Source: an uncultured archaeon (lineage in GTDB: Archaea > Asgardarchaeota > Thorarchaeia > Thorarchaeales > Thorarchaeaceae). From it: DNA of 64,000 bases. The notes beneath the pieces were generated by a model. The model did no database searches. It saw nothing but the letters and a program-made list of their open reading frames with translations, and was not told the origin of the DNA. The stretch covers positions 23,056 through 87,055 of the forward strand of contig CAZSWP010000012.1 in NCBI GenBank assembly GCA_964610875.1, given 5' to 3'. This document shows, one piece after another, positions 28,752-39,138 of this stretch (its first letter is position 1; the number at the start of each line of letters is the position of its first letter). The translations under genes were made by a program, and so were the position numbers.

Positions 28752-29301
28752 ACTTGTCTTAGTCACACAGAATGAACACAAACTCAGAGAGCTACGACCA
28801 ATATTCAGGGAGTATCATGTTCATTTCACTACATCTGGTCTCGAAAAGATGGAGATACGGTCTGATAGTATAGAGGAGATTGCAGAGGCAGCTGCAGAAC
28901 ATGCCTTCAATACTGTAAAGACGAGAGTGGTAGTAGACGATACTGGTCTCTACATCACCTCCCTGAAAGGATTTCCCAAATCATATCCTGCGTTCGTACT
29001 TGAAACAATTGGACGAATGGGAATACTGAAACTTCTTGAGAGTGAATCAGATCGTTCCGCACACTTTGCCACAGCCGTTGGATACTGTGATGGAACAACT
29101 ACAAGATCATTTGTTGGGGAGATGAGGGGAAGCATCTCGTATGAAGAAAAGGGAGATGAAGGATTTGGATATGACCCCATCTTTGTTCCAGAGGGATATA
29201 ATCTCACATACGCCCAGTTGAGCTTTGAAGAAAAGACTAGCATATCACATAGAACACGTGCGTTTCGTAAGTTCCTGCAATGGTATTCAACTCAATCCTG
29301 A
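28738..29301 (+). CDS. rdgB: Non-canonical purine NTP pyrophosphatase (RdgB/HAM1)
   Basis: TQNEHK, DDTGL, GFGYDPIF, SHR. Confidence 0.92.
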   Translation: MSKDELVLVTQNEHKLRELRPIFREYHVHFTTSGLEKMEIRSDSIEEIAEAAAEHAFNTVKTRVVVDDTGLYITSLKGFPKSYPAFVLETIGRMGILKLLESESDRSAHFATAVGYCDGTTTRSFVGEMRGSISYEEKGDEGFGYDPIFVPEGYNLTYAQLSFEEKTSISHRTRAFRKFLQWYSTQS

Positions 29302-29338
29302 GTGACAAAGCCTTAAGGATACGAATTCGAAGAATAAG

Positions 29339-29377
29339 TTGGAGATAAGTGAAGCAAATTGGAGATAAGTGAAGCAA
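29339..29377 (+). repeat. Tandem 19-bp direct repeat TTGGAGATAAGTGAAGCAA (period 20) spanning the trmB start
   Basis: Exact copies at 29339-29357 and 29359-29377. Confidence 0.9.
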
Positions 29378-30135
29378 CACTCAAGGCACTAAAGGAACTC
29401 GGTTTGACCGAGTACGAATTGCAGGCTTATGTTGCATTAGTTGATGGTGGCCAGATGACTGCATCCGATGTTGCTTCTGAATCCAATGTGCCCTTCTCAA
29501 GGGTATATGATGTCCTTGGGCGGCTGGAAGAACGTGGGTTCATCCAGATTCAAAGAGGCAGACCCACCAACTATATTGCAAAAGCACCAACAGAGATTGT
29601 AAGACTGGTGAAGATCGCATGGGAACAGAAATTCGAGAATGCGGGTAAAGTGATTGTTGATGAGTTACAGCCTCGTTTCGAGAAAGAGACCCACGCCACA
29701 TCAAGAGACGTCTGGTTACTCTTTGGAAGGGCAGCAATATTAGCCAAGGCTCTTGAGATGCTTGATAGTGCAAAGGACTCGATTATGCTCTCAATCCCTA
29801 GTCTTGACATGAGTGATGTCGACGAGGGTATTGAGATGGATGACCTGAGTGATCTCATTGAGAAGATACTCGGACTGAAGACACAGACCTATATTCTCAC
29901 TGCTAATGTGCCAGATGATATCAAAGACATGATACCTGACAGAATACAATTACGGACACGTGACAGAGTTTTCGGAGCCGGGCTAGTGGTTGACCGTTTA
30001 CATACTCTCATTATGCTGTCTGGTCAGAGTATTGAAAGTGATTTCATGGGAATATATTCCTCACATGCTGTCTTTGCAGAGATGGCAAATTCATACTTCG
30101 ACTCTCTCTGGAATGAGTCTGAACCTGTAGAATGA
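29359..30135 (+). CDS. TrmB family transcriptional regulator
   Basis: LGLTEYE..AY..L, VPFSRVYDVL..LEERG, GRP. Confidence 0.9.
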   Translation: MEISEATLKALKELGLTEYELQAYVALVDGGQMTASDVASESNVPFSRVYDVLGRLEERGFIQIQRGRPTNYIAKAPTEIVRLVKIAWEQKFENAGKVIVDELQPRFEKETHATSRDVWLLFGRAAILAKALEMLDSAKDSIMLSIPSLDMSDVDEGIEMDDLSDLIEKILGLKTQTYILTANVPDDIKDMIPDRIQLRTRDRVFGAGLVVDRLHTLIMLSGQSIESDFMGIYSSHAVFAEMANSYFDSLWNESEPVE

Positions 30136-30212
30136 GCCCGATGTGGTTTTCTGGGCAGCTTTTATTCAATTATTAAGACAAATCTATGTATTACTAGCAC
30201 CTTTGTAATCTA

Positions 30213-31634
30213 TTGTGGGGTGTATCATTGACAGAGCTTGAACAAAAAAAGGATGCCAGAGATATGTCATATGACCCTGGAGAGGAGTTCCTCTCTGCAC
30301 TAAGCCCATCTGCTAGAGCTGTTCTACGCGCATTACAGAAATTGGAGAACGGAGAGGAAGTATCTAGATTTCAACAGGGCCGAGACACCGACATGGAACG
30401 TCTCATATCCATTGTTTCTAATTACAGGGGTAGTATTTGTCGTCTTGTGAGAAATAGATTGAAACAGGTGATTGAGCAGGGGGGCATCTCGATCATCACA
30501 CAACCAGATTTGATGGGCTTAATTGAGGAAGTCTATGCTGGTAATATTTCCAGAATCACATCGAACGAACTCAAGGTTCTGGAAGGTTCTTTGAAACACT
30601 CTGACCACTCAATTGCTGATCTTGCCAAGAAGATAGGTCTCTCATACAGCAAGATACGTCGTGCTCGTGACCACCTCTTATCAACCGGCACCCTGCGTGT
30701 GGAGGGGCGACTCAATGTTGCAGAGCTTGGGCTTGACCGCATATTGATCATACTACAGGACCCTGATTTTATTCCGATATGTCCCTATTTTGAGAAGACC
30801 TTGTTCATTGATGGTGCACCAAGATTTGTCTTCCTAACGGGCTTGACTCCCAGCTATCGAAGGGAACTCATTCATGACACAATCAGGTCTCTCAGAAACG
30901 TTACAGGTTCAGTCTCCATCTGGCATCTCTCTACAGGTAGGCCCTTGGTGGGCACCGCTTACCATTCTAAGAAATCAAAACGCTTCTCATTTGACAAGTT
31001 TCATTATCGACTCTCTCTGGCTGACACCACTGAGATCACAATTGGCGAGTTCGCCGCAGGGTTGCCTAATCCCCCTGCTCAACTGACTAAGGCTGAAGTA
31101 AAAATCCTTGACCACCTCACAAAGAATTATGATGATACAGCACAAGAGATTGCAAAGGCTACAAAATTATCCGAGTCAACAGTATTCAGAAGAAAGGCTC
31201 ATCTCATCAATAAGGGCTATGTATTGCCACGTCCTATCGTTTCCATTCCAGACCTGAGTGACAGAGTGATAGCAATCCTTGACCCTGATTGTGCAGGTAG
31301 GGTGATGAACAGCTGGAGAATGCTTCCAGTCACTTACATGTCCAAAATAGAAAACCTGGAGAATATGAGAGAGAAAAAGATACTACTAGCTACCGCGTTA
31401 CCGAGGGCATCTGCCTCGGAACTCGTTGATGTTCTTGAATCTGAGAAATCAAAAGCAGATGACTATAGTCTCTATACTGTGGCAAGTGCATCAGAAAACA
31501 GGTTGAGTGTCAGGTCGTTATATGATTCGAAACAAAACCTGTGGAAGTTTGAGAGTTCTTTCATTGATCTGATTCACTATGGCGTTTCTAGGAACGACTC
31601 GAGTGCCACCGATATGCCGCTTGATTTGGCTTAG
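30213..31634 (+). CDS. Tandem winged-helix / Lrp-AsnC-like regulator
   Basis: Two HTH segments (SIADLAKKIGLSYSKI; TAQEIAKATKLSESTVFRR), each followed by a RAM-like region. Confidence 0.65.
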   Translation: MWGVSLTELEQKKDARDMSYDPGEEFLSALSPSARAVLRALQKLENGEEVSRFQQGRDTDMERLISIVSNYRGSICRLVRNRLKQVIEQGGISIITQPDLMGLIEEVYAGNISRITSNELKVLEGSLKHSDHSIADLAKKIGLSYSKIRRARDHLLSTGTLRVEGRLNVAELGLDRILIILQDPDFIPICPYFEKTLFIDGAPRFVFLTGLTPSYRRELIHDTIRSLRNVTGSVSIWHLSTGRPLVGTAYHSKKSKRFSFDKFHYRLSLADTTEITIGEFAAGLPNPPAQLTKAEVKILDHLTKNYDDTAQEIAKATKLSESTVFRRKAHLINKGYVLPRPIVSIPDLSDRVIAILDPDCAGRVMNSWRMLPVTYMSKIENLENMREKKILLATALPRASASELVDVLESEKSKADDYSLYTVASASENRLSVRSLYDSKQNLWKFESSFIDLIHYGVSRNDSSATDMPLDLA

Positions 31635-31687
31635 CTGAACATCCAGTCCATAAGCCATATCAGAACAATCTACATTGATAGACTACC

Positions 31688-32623
31688 ATGATAGAAGTGA
31701 TAGTGCTAGGATCTGGTGGAAGTATTCCCACAGCAAAAAGAAATCACCCTGCCATTCTACTTCGTCATGAATCGTGGAATTTCTTGTTCGATGCAGGTGA
31801 GGATGTTCAACGATCTTTTGAGAAGGTTAAGGCTGGACTCAATCGAAAGCTCGCTGTATTCATTAGCCATACTCATCTTGACCACTTGTTGGGTCTCCCT
31901 GGTCTTATGTTGAGGATGTCACTTCTTGGACGGACCGAACCTTTGAATGTCTATGGACCCCAAGCCCTCCTTGAGTATATCAAGGTCAATCAAGCTTCAA
32001 TCAATCTGGGGACTACCTTTCAGACTGTGGTCTTTGCCACTGCCGGTGGTGTGTTGTTTCAAGAGAATGGTGCACGGGTAAGATCTTTTCCAGTAGACCA
32101 CCGTGGTTTGGCGCTTGGTTATGAGTTCACATATTCTCGAGCTACAGGCACTTTTCTTCCTGAGAAAGCTTCTGCGTTAGGTGTTCCAAAAGGACCACTC
32201 TGGGGAAAGTTGGCCTCAGGAGAATCAGTAGAAACTCCGCACGGAAAGGTTGTGAGACCTGAAGATGTCACTGATACACCAATGACTCCACTCAAGATAG
32301 TCTATAGTGGTGACACACGTCCATGTGAGAATGTTCGGCATGCAGCCAAGAATGCAAATCTCTTGATTCACGAAGCAATGTACACACGTGATCATGAGGA
32401 CCTTGCTCAGGAACGAGGACATTCCACAGCAGCCCAAGCTGCACAGCTTGCCAAGGAGGCAGAGGTTGGCACACTGCTTCTGACACATTACAGTCCAAGA
32501 TATGAGGGTCCTGAGATAATAGAAGAAGCACGTAGTATCTTCCCAAATTCCATTCTTGCAAAAGACTTCCTCCGTCTAGTAATTACCCTTGACGGAAACA
32601 TCACAGTCGACGAAATTGATTGA
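31688..32623 (+). CDS. rnz: Ribonuclease Z
   Basis: LGSGG.IP..RN, SHTHLDH, flexible arm GVPKGP, YSGDT, HEA, HST, HYSPRY. Confidence 0.93.
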   Translation: MIEVIVLGSGGSIPTAKRNHPAILLRHESWNFLFDAGEDVQRSFEKVKAGLNRKLAVFISHTHLDHLLGLPGLMLRMSLLGRTEPLNVYGPQALLEYIKVNQASINLGTTFQTVVFATAGGVLFQENGARVRSFPVDHRGLALGYEFTYSRATGTFLPEKASALGVPKGPLWGKLASGESVETPHGKVVRPEDVTDTPMTPLKIVYSGDTRPCENVRHAAKNANLLIHEAMYTRDHEDLAQERGHSTAAQAAQLAKEAEVGTLLLTHYSPRYEGPEIIEEARSIFPNSILAKDFLRLVITLDGNITVDEID

Positions 32624-33829
32624 TCAGAAAAGCAGTCTTAGTGCTTTGACAGGATGATGCCGAAGCAGTCTTTTTGTGATATCCTTCCTAACATTGGAAA
32701 CCGGTCGTATACCTAGACCGAAATCGATGATGTACTCCTTCATCACAGGATCATTCTCTACAATCTCTATCAGGAGTTCAATATTACTCAATGATTTGTA
32801 GATCACTCCTGCCACAAAGTTTGCTGCACTGAGGTCTGTTCCAAATTCTGCCTTTATCCTCTTATCATACTCCACGACATGCAATGGGGAGCGTATTTCT
32901 ATGGTTTCAGCAGCAACTGTACCAGCTATTATGCCAGAACGTAGCGCGTAGTATATTCCTTCACCTGTTAACGGGGAAACAAGGCCCGCAGCATCTCCCA
33001 CAAGCATTGTCCTTCGACTGGTCAAGCGTTCATCGATCTTTCCTAAGGGTATGCGAGCTGCGCTTCTTCGAGATAGGTCAAGTTTGACATCCTTTTCATC
33101 CTCAAAAAATGACACAAATCCCTTCCATGCTCCCCTAAGATCAATAATCTTGTTCATTGGAGCGCCTATCCCGATGCTAATCTCATCCTTTCTTGGGAAA
33201 CACCAACCATAGCCACCATCTATTGCCCATGGATAAAACTCCAGAGGAAGAGTTGCATTATCTCCTGGAATCGAGAGGATTCTTTCTATCTCTGATGACT
33301 CCATGGGAATGTCCGCAGCTATACAGAGTGCAACCTTATCATCTTTCCATTTAGAATGCATATGCAATGAACGGGCTACTGTACTGTTCACACCATCTGC
33401 ACCAATGAGGAGTCTTGCTCTGAAGGAATCTCCTTTAGCTAGGACTCGAACAGCTTTTTTCACCTGCTCTACAGCTAGTACGGGTATGTTTTGAATAATC
33501 TCCACACCTGCTCTCTCGGCTTTTTTCAATAGATGAAAATCCAATGTCGAGCGTTTCACTGTACCAGCTGATAGTTCTGGCTTCACACAAGAGATACTCC
33601 TATTTTTTGGTAGACGAAAAACTCCTGCGTTAATTCTCCTATCTAATAATTGGTCAGCATCAGAACCAAGTAGACTATAGGTGCGAGGACTAATAGCACC
33701 GCCACATAGTTTCTGTCGGGGATGTTCTTCCTTCTCAAGTAACAGGACCTCTAATCCGTGTGATGCCGCTGTGATTGCACTCATACAACCAGAGGGTCCT
33801 GCTCCTACAACCACTAGGTCATACAACAC
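32624..33829 (-). CDS. Geranylgeranyl reductase family flavoprotein
   Basis: GAGPSG, PRQKLCGG, GADG, GYGWCFP, GDAAG..PLTGEGI; likely start GTG at 33829. Confidence 0.88.
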   Translation of the reverse strand: MLYDLVVVGAGPSGCMSAITAASHGLEVLLLEKEEHPRQKLCGGAISPRTYSLLGSDADQLLDRRINAGVFRLPKNRSISCVKPELSAGTVKRSTLDFHLLKKAERAGVEIIQNIPVLAVEQVKKAVRVLAKGDSFRARLLIGADGVNSTVARSLHMHSKWKDDKVALCIAADIPMESSEIERILSIPGDNATLPLEFYPWAIDGGYGWCFPRKDEISIGIGAPMNKIIDLRGAWKGFVSFFEDEKDVKLDLSRRSAARIPLGKIDERLTSRRTMLVGDAAGLVSPLTGEGIYYALRSGIIAGTVAAETIEIRSPLHVVEYDKRIKAEFGTDLSAANFVAGVIYKSLSNIELLIEIVENDPVMKEYIIDFGLGIRPVSNVRKDITKRLLRHHPVKALRLLF

Positions 33830-33900
33830 TTCAACACCCAACCATCTTACTCTACTATGCATCAATACATTGATTTCATCTTTTCGTATTCTTAGCATAG

Positions 33901-34941
33901 GTGTCTTACGTGAGTGAACCATTGAGAGTATGCGTCCTTGCCACAGGTGGTACAATTGCGAGTGTTCAGGACTCCTCTAGTGGAGGATTGCGTCCTAGTC
34001 TTTCTATCGAGGATCTTGTTTCTACCCTGCCAAAAGGTATGAGTAACATATCTGTGGAACAGAGAGAGTGTTTTCAAATTGATTCCTCGAACATGCAACC
34101 CTATCATTGGCAAAAGATGGCTAGCGAGATTCAGGAAATTGACAAGGAGATGCCTGACTTGCAAGGAATCGTTGTGACACATGGTACTGACACTATGGTA
34201 TATTCTGCTTCAGCTATCAGCTTAATGGTTCAAGACTTTGGCAAACCAATCGTGTTCACTGGTTCTCAGATTCCTGTGAGTATTCCTTGGAGTGATGGCC
34301 CGAGAAATCTACTGGATGCAATTCGCGTAGCAGCGTTCTCCAATCTCGGTGAGGTCTGCATGGTGTTCAATGGAGAGATTCACAGACCAACGCGAACGAA
34401 GAAGGTCCGCGTCAACACCTATGATGCTTTTGATTCAATGGACCCTCGTCCTCTTGGTTTTCTTGCGCGGGAGATTGTCCTCTTTGATGGCATTCGCAAA
34501 AGACATAACCTTGTTCCAAAGTTCGACACTAAAATAGATGACCGTGTATTCCTCTTGAAGATATTTCCTGGCATGCCCCCAAGAATCATATCTAGCATCA
34601 TTGAAATGGGCATTCGTGGAATTGTCATTGAAGGCTATGGGTCTGGGAACATTCCCACTCAGGAAAACAGTCTGACTGGTACGATAAAACAAGCGATACA
34701 GCAGGACTGCACAGTCGTGATCAGCTCACAATGCACCTTTGGACAGACGGACCTCTCCCTCTATGAAGTGGGAAGAGCTGCTCTCAAAGCAGGAGCGATA
34801 AGTGCGCATGATATGACCTCTGAGGCTGCCATGGTCAAGCTTGCTTGGGTGCTCGGTCATACGACTGACAAGACGAAAATTGAGGAAATGATGCTCAACG
34901 ACTACGTGGGAGAGATCTCATACCATATAGGAAGTGGATGA
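33901..34941 (+). CDS. L-asparaginase type I
   Basis: ATGGTIA, HGTDTM, TGSQ, DMTSEAA. Confidence 0.9.
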   Translation: MSYVSEPLRVCVLATGGTIASVQDSSSGGLRPSLSIEDLVSTLPKGMSNISVEQRECFQIDSSNMQPYHWQKMASEIQEIDKEMPDLQGIVVTHGTDTMVYSASAISLMVQDFGKPIVFTGSQIPVSIPWSDGPRNLLDAIRVAAFSNLGEVCMVFNGEIHRPTRTKKVRVNTYDAFDSMDPRPLGFLAREIVLFDGIRKRHNLVPKFDTKIDDRVFLLKIFPGMPPRIISSIIEMGIRGIVIEGYGSGNIPTQENSLTGTIKQAIQQDCTVVISSQCTFGQTDLSLYEVGRAALKAGAISAHDMTSEAAMVKLAWVLGHTTDKTKIEEMMLNDYVGEISYHIGSG

Positions 34942-34942
34942 T

Positions 34943-36262
34943 TTAGCACTGATATGGGAACACATAGCTCTCCTTCTTAGGAAAGAGGACTTCGAGGAGG
35001 TTCCTGTACCAGCCTCGTACTATGAAGTCGATGTCCATTTTATTGAGTTCATCAATCGTGTTTGCGCCTAGTATCAAGCGTACAAGACCCTTTGAAGGTA
35101 TTCGTATCTCTGTCTTCTCATATATGTCTTGCATACCAATGTCCTTGATACTCTTAATCTTACCATTCACAAACTCGAGATGATAGCAATTGCGATATGT
35201 GTTGAGAAAGATATCTCGACTGAGTCCTTCAAACATTGTTCCTTTGATTCGTTCCTCAAGGACTGGTTGAATAGTCCTAAGAAAACGGACGACATTGGGA
35301 ATCCTGACCATATATTTCCAACCCGACCACATCCGTCCGCCATAGTTGAGTACTATCTTGCAGAGATTAGACTCAAGTGCACTATGTGTAGCAAAATAAT
35401 GACAATTCTTTTCTATCGTAGCTTCCTTCGCATAATAGAGAGCACGCATCACAGAATCAATAGATCGAATACTTGACTCTAGAATCTCAGCACAATCACC
35501 ATATGGAAAGAGTGAGTCATATTTGCGAAATACTATCTTGAAATAACCATCAATTATCCCGTCCTTCTCCAGTATCATAGTGCGATAGGGGGTGCCAATT
35601 TCCATTTTGATGTTTTCTTGGGTTCTCCAGAGCTCTTTACTTCTGTGTCCTGTGACCAAGAATCTCTGTAGAAGTTCCTGATAGAGTGTTTCGATAGCAT
35701 CCATATCTTGTTCATTTGCCTCTCTCACTGTTATCGACATGAAGTCTGGTGAGTCTTCTTCCTTGAGTTGTGGGAGTTGTGCGTTATGTAGAGTGACACC
35801 TCGGTTTAGTGGGATGATGAAGTCGTAACCAAAAGCGTGTCTATAGAAGTAAGGGATTCCCTGAATTGTAGAGATATCGTACTCTCCGTTTTGCAGTTCT
35901 CTCTCGAAGTAGGTGTATAGAACGCGAATCAATCCTTTCTTACGGTATTCAGGCTCAGTTCCAACATAACCAAGCTCAAGATTTCGAAGATGTACTCCAT
36001 CATAGTTCCATATACTTGGTATGGCATTCACAGACGACACTATCTTTCCTGTAGATGAGTCACGAATGTAATAATTCATCTCCGGAGAGAAACCCGGCAG
36101 ATGTTCGAGCCATCTTTCCAAGACCTCTGCTGATGTATCTTCGTGGATATGCGCATTGAATGCAATAAGTTCCTCCACTTCTTCATCGGTTTCAACGACA
36201 CCAAACTCAAAACCATCAGGGAGATTCAACTCAGCTACATCTCTGACCGTCATATCCATCAT
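34943..36262 (-). CDS. GNAT family acetyltransferase (Eis-like)
   Basis: VGTEPEYRKKGL motif A; GIPYFYR.FGY. Confidence 0.8.
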   Translation of the reverse strand: MMDMTVRDVAELNLPDGFEFGVVETDEEVEELIAFNAHIHEDTSAEVLERWLEHLPGFSPEMNYYIRDSSTGKIVSSVNAIPSIWNYDGVHLRNLELGYVGTEPEYRKKGLIRVLYTYFERELQNGEYDISTIQGIPYFYRHAFGYDFIIPLNRGVTLHNAQLPQLKEEDSPDFMSITVREANEQDMDAIETLYQELLQRFLVTGHRSKELWRTQENIKMEIGTPYRTMILEKDGIIDGYFKIVFRKYDSLFPYGDCAEILESSIRSIDSVMRALYYAKEATIEKNCHYFATHSALESNLCKIVLNYGGRMWSGWKYMVRIPNVVRFLRTIQPVLEERIKGTMFEGLSRDIFLNTYRNCYHLEFVNGKIKSIKDIGMQDIYEKTEIRIPSKGLVRLILGANTIDELNKMDIDFIVRGWYRNLLEVLFPKKESYVFPYQC

Positions 36263-36391
36263 CGAGCTTCGGATGCGAATATATCTTATCCTTAGCTATC
36301 TCCGCCAAAATATGGAACCTAGAAAATAATCTATGTTCACATGTTCAACAGCGACATTCTTAAAACTGGATTGTAGGCTGATTTCAACTGT

Positions 36392-36511
36392 GCCAGGGTA
36401 GCCAAGCCCGGTTTACGGCGGCAGCCTGGAAACGGCGGTCACTGACGGCTGTTCGCCCAGGCAGCTGCTCTCCAATAGGAGGCATGAGTTCGAATCTCAT
36501 CCCTGGCGCCA
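36392..36511 (+). tRNA. tRNA-Ser(GGA) with a 31-nt intron (36432-36462) at position 37/38 and encoded CCA
   Basis: Acceptor GCCAGGG/CCCTGGC, anticodon stem GCAGC/GCTGC, loop CT-GGA-A|A, long variable arm, TTCGAAT T-loop; relaxed BHB with CUGG/CCAG central helix. Confidence 0.93.
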
Positions 36512-36512
36512 T

Positions 36513-37121
36513 CTACTCATTCTGTATTAGTGTGCTTAGAGCAACTAGTCCTACAAACACTAGGGACCCGAAAACAGTATACCACTCAAGAAGTGGTCCA
36601 CCTGTTGTAAATGCAAAGATAAAGGTTGAACCATCAAGAATAATACCATAGAGGGCAAAGAGTCGATTGAAATCGGGATGGAATCCTAACGCGATACACA
36701 GAATCAGCAGGACAAAGAAGTTCAGTAGAAAAAAGATACTTGAAGCGGCCATGTGTGGTGCACCTTGGTCTTCTGAGAACACTCCTATCAAAATGAGTGC
36801 AACTCCTGATGCAAGCCCTAATACTTGTCCCACTATCATCACAGCTCGGTGCATTAGCTCTTGTCGGTGCCATCGGTAGAGGCCCACGAAGAATGGAAAA
36901 AGAGCAATACCTGTGACAATACATCCAATGTTGTAAAACCACGCACCAAATGAACTGTAATTGAGATTTCCCAGACGGCTGAGGTAGTTGTCCCATGGCG
37001 TATACGGTAAAGGATAGAGTGCCCAAGATATCAGTGTGAACACACAATAGAAGACAATGACCAATATGCCTCCAATAACTGACATGTCTCTCTTGATACT
37101 AAGTTCTCTCATCCATCTCAT
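36513..37121 (-). CDS. DUF998-like membrane protein
   Basis: Y.PW.NYLS.LG, GVFSED...H; about 5-6 TM helices. Confidence 0.75.
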   Translation of the reverse strand: MRWMRELSIKRDMSVIGGILVIVFYCVFTLISWALYPLPYTPWDNYLSRLGNLNYSSFGAWFYNIGCIVTGIALFPFFVGLYRWHRQELMHRAVMIVGQVLGLASGVALILIGVFSEDQGAPHMAASSIFFLLNFFVLLILCIALGFHPDFNRLFALYGIILDGSTFIFAFTTGGPLLEWYTVFGSLVFVGLVALSTLIQNE

Positions 37122-37126
37122 CTCCT

Positions 37127-38320
37127 CTAAATCAGCAGGTCTTCAAGTTCTCGTGGGTAGTCTGTTAGACACTCAATACCATCTTCAGTCACGACAAAAG
37201 TGTCACTGTGACGAAATCCGCCTAAGTGTCTCTCATAGATGCCCGGTTCACAGGAGAGAATCATGCCTGGTTTGAGCACTTCATCTGAACCGATGTCAAG
37301 AAATGGTCTCTCATGCCCCTCAAGTCCAAGACCATGTCCTGTGTGGTGTCGAACAAGCTCTAAGACTCCTCTCTCCTTGAATACCTTCCTGACTGCTTTA
37401 TCGACCTCTGCGCATGGTACATCTGGTCCGGCAGCCTGAAATGCAGCGTCTTGAGCTTCAAGCATTATTCCAAAGAGTTTCTTTTGCCTATCATTAGGAC
37501 TCCTCATGAACATCGTACGCTCTAGTTCTGACTGGATACCGTAGACGTCAGAAGAAGCTCCTGTCACTAATGTGTCGCCTGGTGAGAATATGAGTCCTCT
37601 TGATAGTGCATGGGGAAAGAACGAGTTGGGCCCAATCTGCCCTCGATAGAGTGCAATTGCAGGGAACATTGAGAAGCCAGTCGGTCTATATGCATGTCCC
37701 AGTTCCTTCACCATGTCTTCTGAACCTTGCGTACTTGCTCTTATTGTGACATCAATCTCATTGAGGCCAACTTCTGTGAAGCCTTGGAGATACGTATGAG
37801 CTCTTGCTGCCCATTTGCAGGACTCTCTCATCAATTTAATTTCTTCAGGGTCCTTAATCAACCTCATATTCGCGACAAGGTCTGATAATATCTTGAATTT
37901 GAGTCCGGTTGCACTCTCCAGACTAGGTCCCTGATAGCCCCAATATGCAGGTGCTCCGTTCCCTTCTGCAGCTACCTTGTTAGGTTGTACCTTGAGTTCT
38001 TTATGGAGTATATCGGCAAGATGATACATTGGATGTTTCTCGTCAGGGTACTCAAAATACGAGAAAATCTCAGTCACAAAGGGGACCTGATGATGTATAT
38101 GGTCAATCTCTAATGATGGTACAAAGAAGTAGACATCTCCCTTGTGTATGATTAGAAAGATAGGTCTCTCAGTTGGGATGAATGATAGCCCCGTGAGATA
38201 GAATATGTTCTTTGAATTGACAACGAGATAGGTCTCTAGATTCTTCTCGTCTAGGTCTTGTTTGACTCTCTCAATTCGCTTCTTATGATGATTTGGAGTA
38301 AGAAATGTGAGGCCCGGCAT
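37127..38320 (-). CDS. Xaa-Pro peptidase (M24B)
   Basis: HHTGHGLGLEGHE, EPGIY, GFRHSD. Confidence 0.9.
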   Translation of the reverse strand: MPGLTFLTPNHHKKRIERVKQDLDEKNLETYLVVNSKNIFYLTGLSFIPTERPIFLIIHKGDVYFFVPSLEIDHIHHQVPFVTEIFSYFEYPDEKHPMYHLADILHKELKVQPNKVAAEGNGAPAYWGYQGPSLESATGLKFKILSDLVANMRLIKDPEEIKLMRESCKWAARAHTYLQGFTEVGLNEIDVTIRASTQGSEDMVKELGHAYRPTGFSMFPAIALYRGQIGPNSFFPHALSRGLIFSPGDTLVTGASSDVYGIQSELERTMFMRSPNDRQKKLFGIMLEAQDAAFQAAGPDVPCAEVDKAVRKVFKERGVLELVRHHTGHGLGLEGHERPFLDIGSDEVLKPGMILSCEPGIYERHLGGFRHSDTFVVTEDGIECLTDYPRELEDLLI

Positions 38321-38391
38321 CCTAACGCACCTTGTTCACAGCTCATGTGAAACGAAGCAATAAAGGTTCTCAGACACGCTTCAGAATTGCA

Positions 38392-39099
38392 TTAGTCAAC
38401 TTTACGGAAAACCATCACATACCTGATGAGATTCCCAAGCTGCCTTTCATAGACAAGTCCTGCTGCTTCACACCATTTACGCATGGTGCGTCGAAGGGGG
38501 TAGTCTGGATCCATGATCAACTCAGCATCGGCAAAGATACCATTTACTTTTATGAACTGTTTCAGTTTCCTGATGACTTCAACAGGGTCTTGGATCTCAG
38601 GAATGACCGTCACAGAGAACACTCCATCTGTAATCTCCTCCTCCAGTGGAATCTCCTGTTCCGCATCAGCAAGAACCGGTATTATGTTCTCCACACCTTC
38701 CCGGTCCATCCTTGCTCGAAGTCTGTCCAATATACCTTGCTGAATGTCCACAGCATATACAATACCGTTCGGTGCGATAGCCTTTGCTACCGCTATAGTA
38801 TAGAAACCTGAACCACAACCAATCTCTACGAAGGTCATTCCCGGTTTGGCTTCCAATGCTTCAATGATCATTGATGGTGGCTGTACTCGTCTTCTATACG
38901 GTCCTGCTGCAATCGCATTCCCTATTCTGGCTGGTGCAGGGAACTTCCAGAAATACCGTATAGCACGGACAATTATGCATACCCAGAGAAAGAGTGCTAG
39001 AAAGATGAGAATAATAATCTCAATTATCCAATGAACCCCTACAAAGAGAAAGTCCTGCAGGAATAGTACTTGCTGAGGGATAACAGTCAAGGTAATCAC
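38392..39099 (-). CDS. Class I SAM-dependent methyltransferase with N-terminal TM helix
   Basis: VEIGCGSG and VYAVDIQ motifs. Confidence 0.85.
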   Translation of the reverse strand: MITLTVIPQQVLFLQDFLFVGVHWIIEIIILIFLALFLWVCIIVRAIRYFWKFPAPARIGNAIAAGPYRRRVQPPSMIIEALEAKPGMTFVEIGCGSGFYTIAVAKAIAPNGIVYAVDIQQGILDRLRARMDREGVENIIPVLADAEQEIPLEEEITDGVFSVTVIPEIQDPVEVIRKLKQFIKVNGIFADAELIMDPDYPLRRTMRKWCEAAGLVYERQLGNLIRYVMVFRKVD

Positions 39100-39100
39100 A

Positions 39101-39126
39101 GATACTGGGGACCGCCCCCCAATATC
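39101..39126 (-). terminator. 10-bp stem-loop just 3' of mvhA
   Basis: Minus strand gatattgggg-ggcggt-ccccagtatc. Confidence 0.45.
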
Positions 39127-39138
39127 TTTTCGTATATT

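Noticed and set aside
36392-36511. tRNA-Sec or a tRNA-integrated island
   Set aside because: Anticodon GGA with a normal 7-bp acceptor stem; no duplicated tRNA 3' end or integrase seen.
39101-39135. SECIS element after mvhA
   Set aside because: Simple stem-loop without the GA quartet or GAA/A motif; no UGA in the operon.
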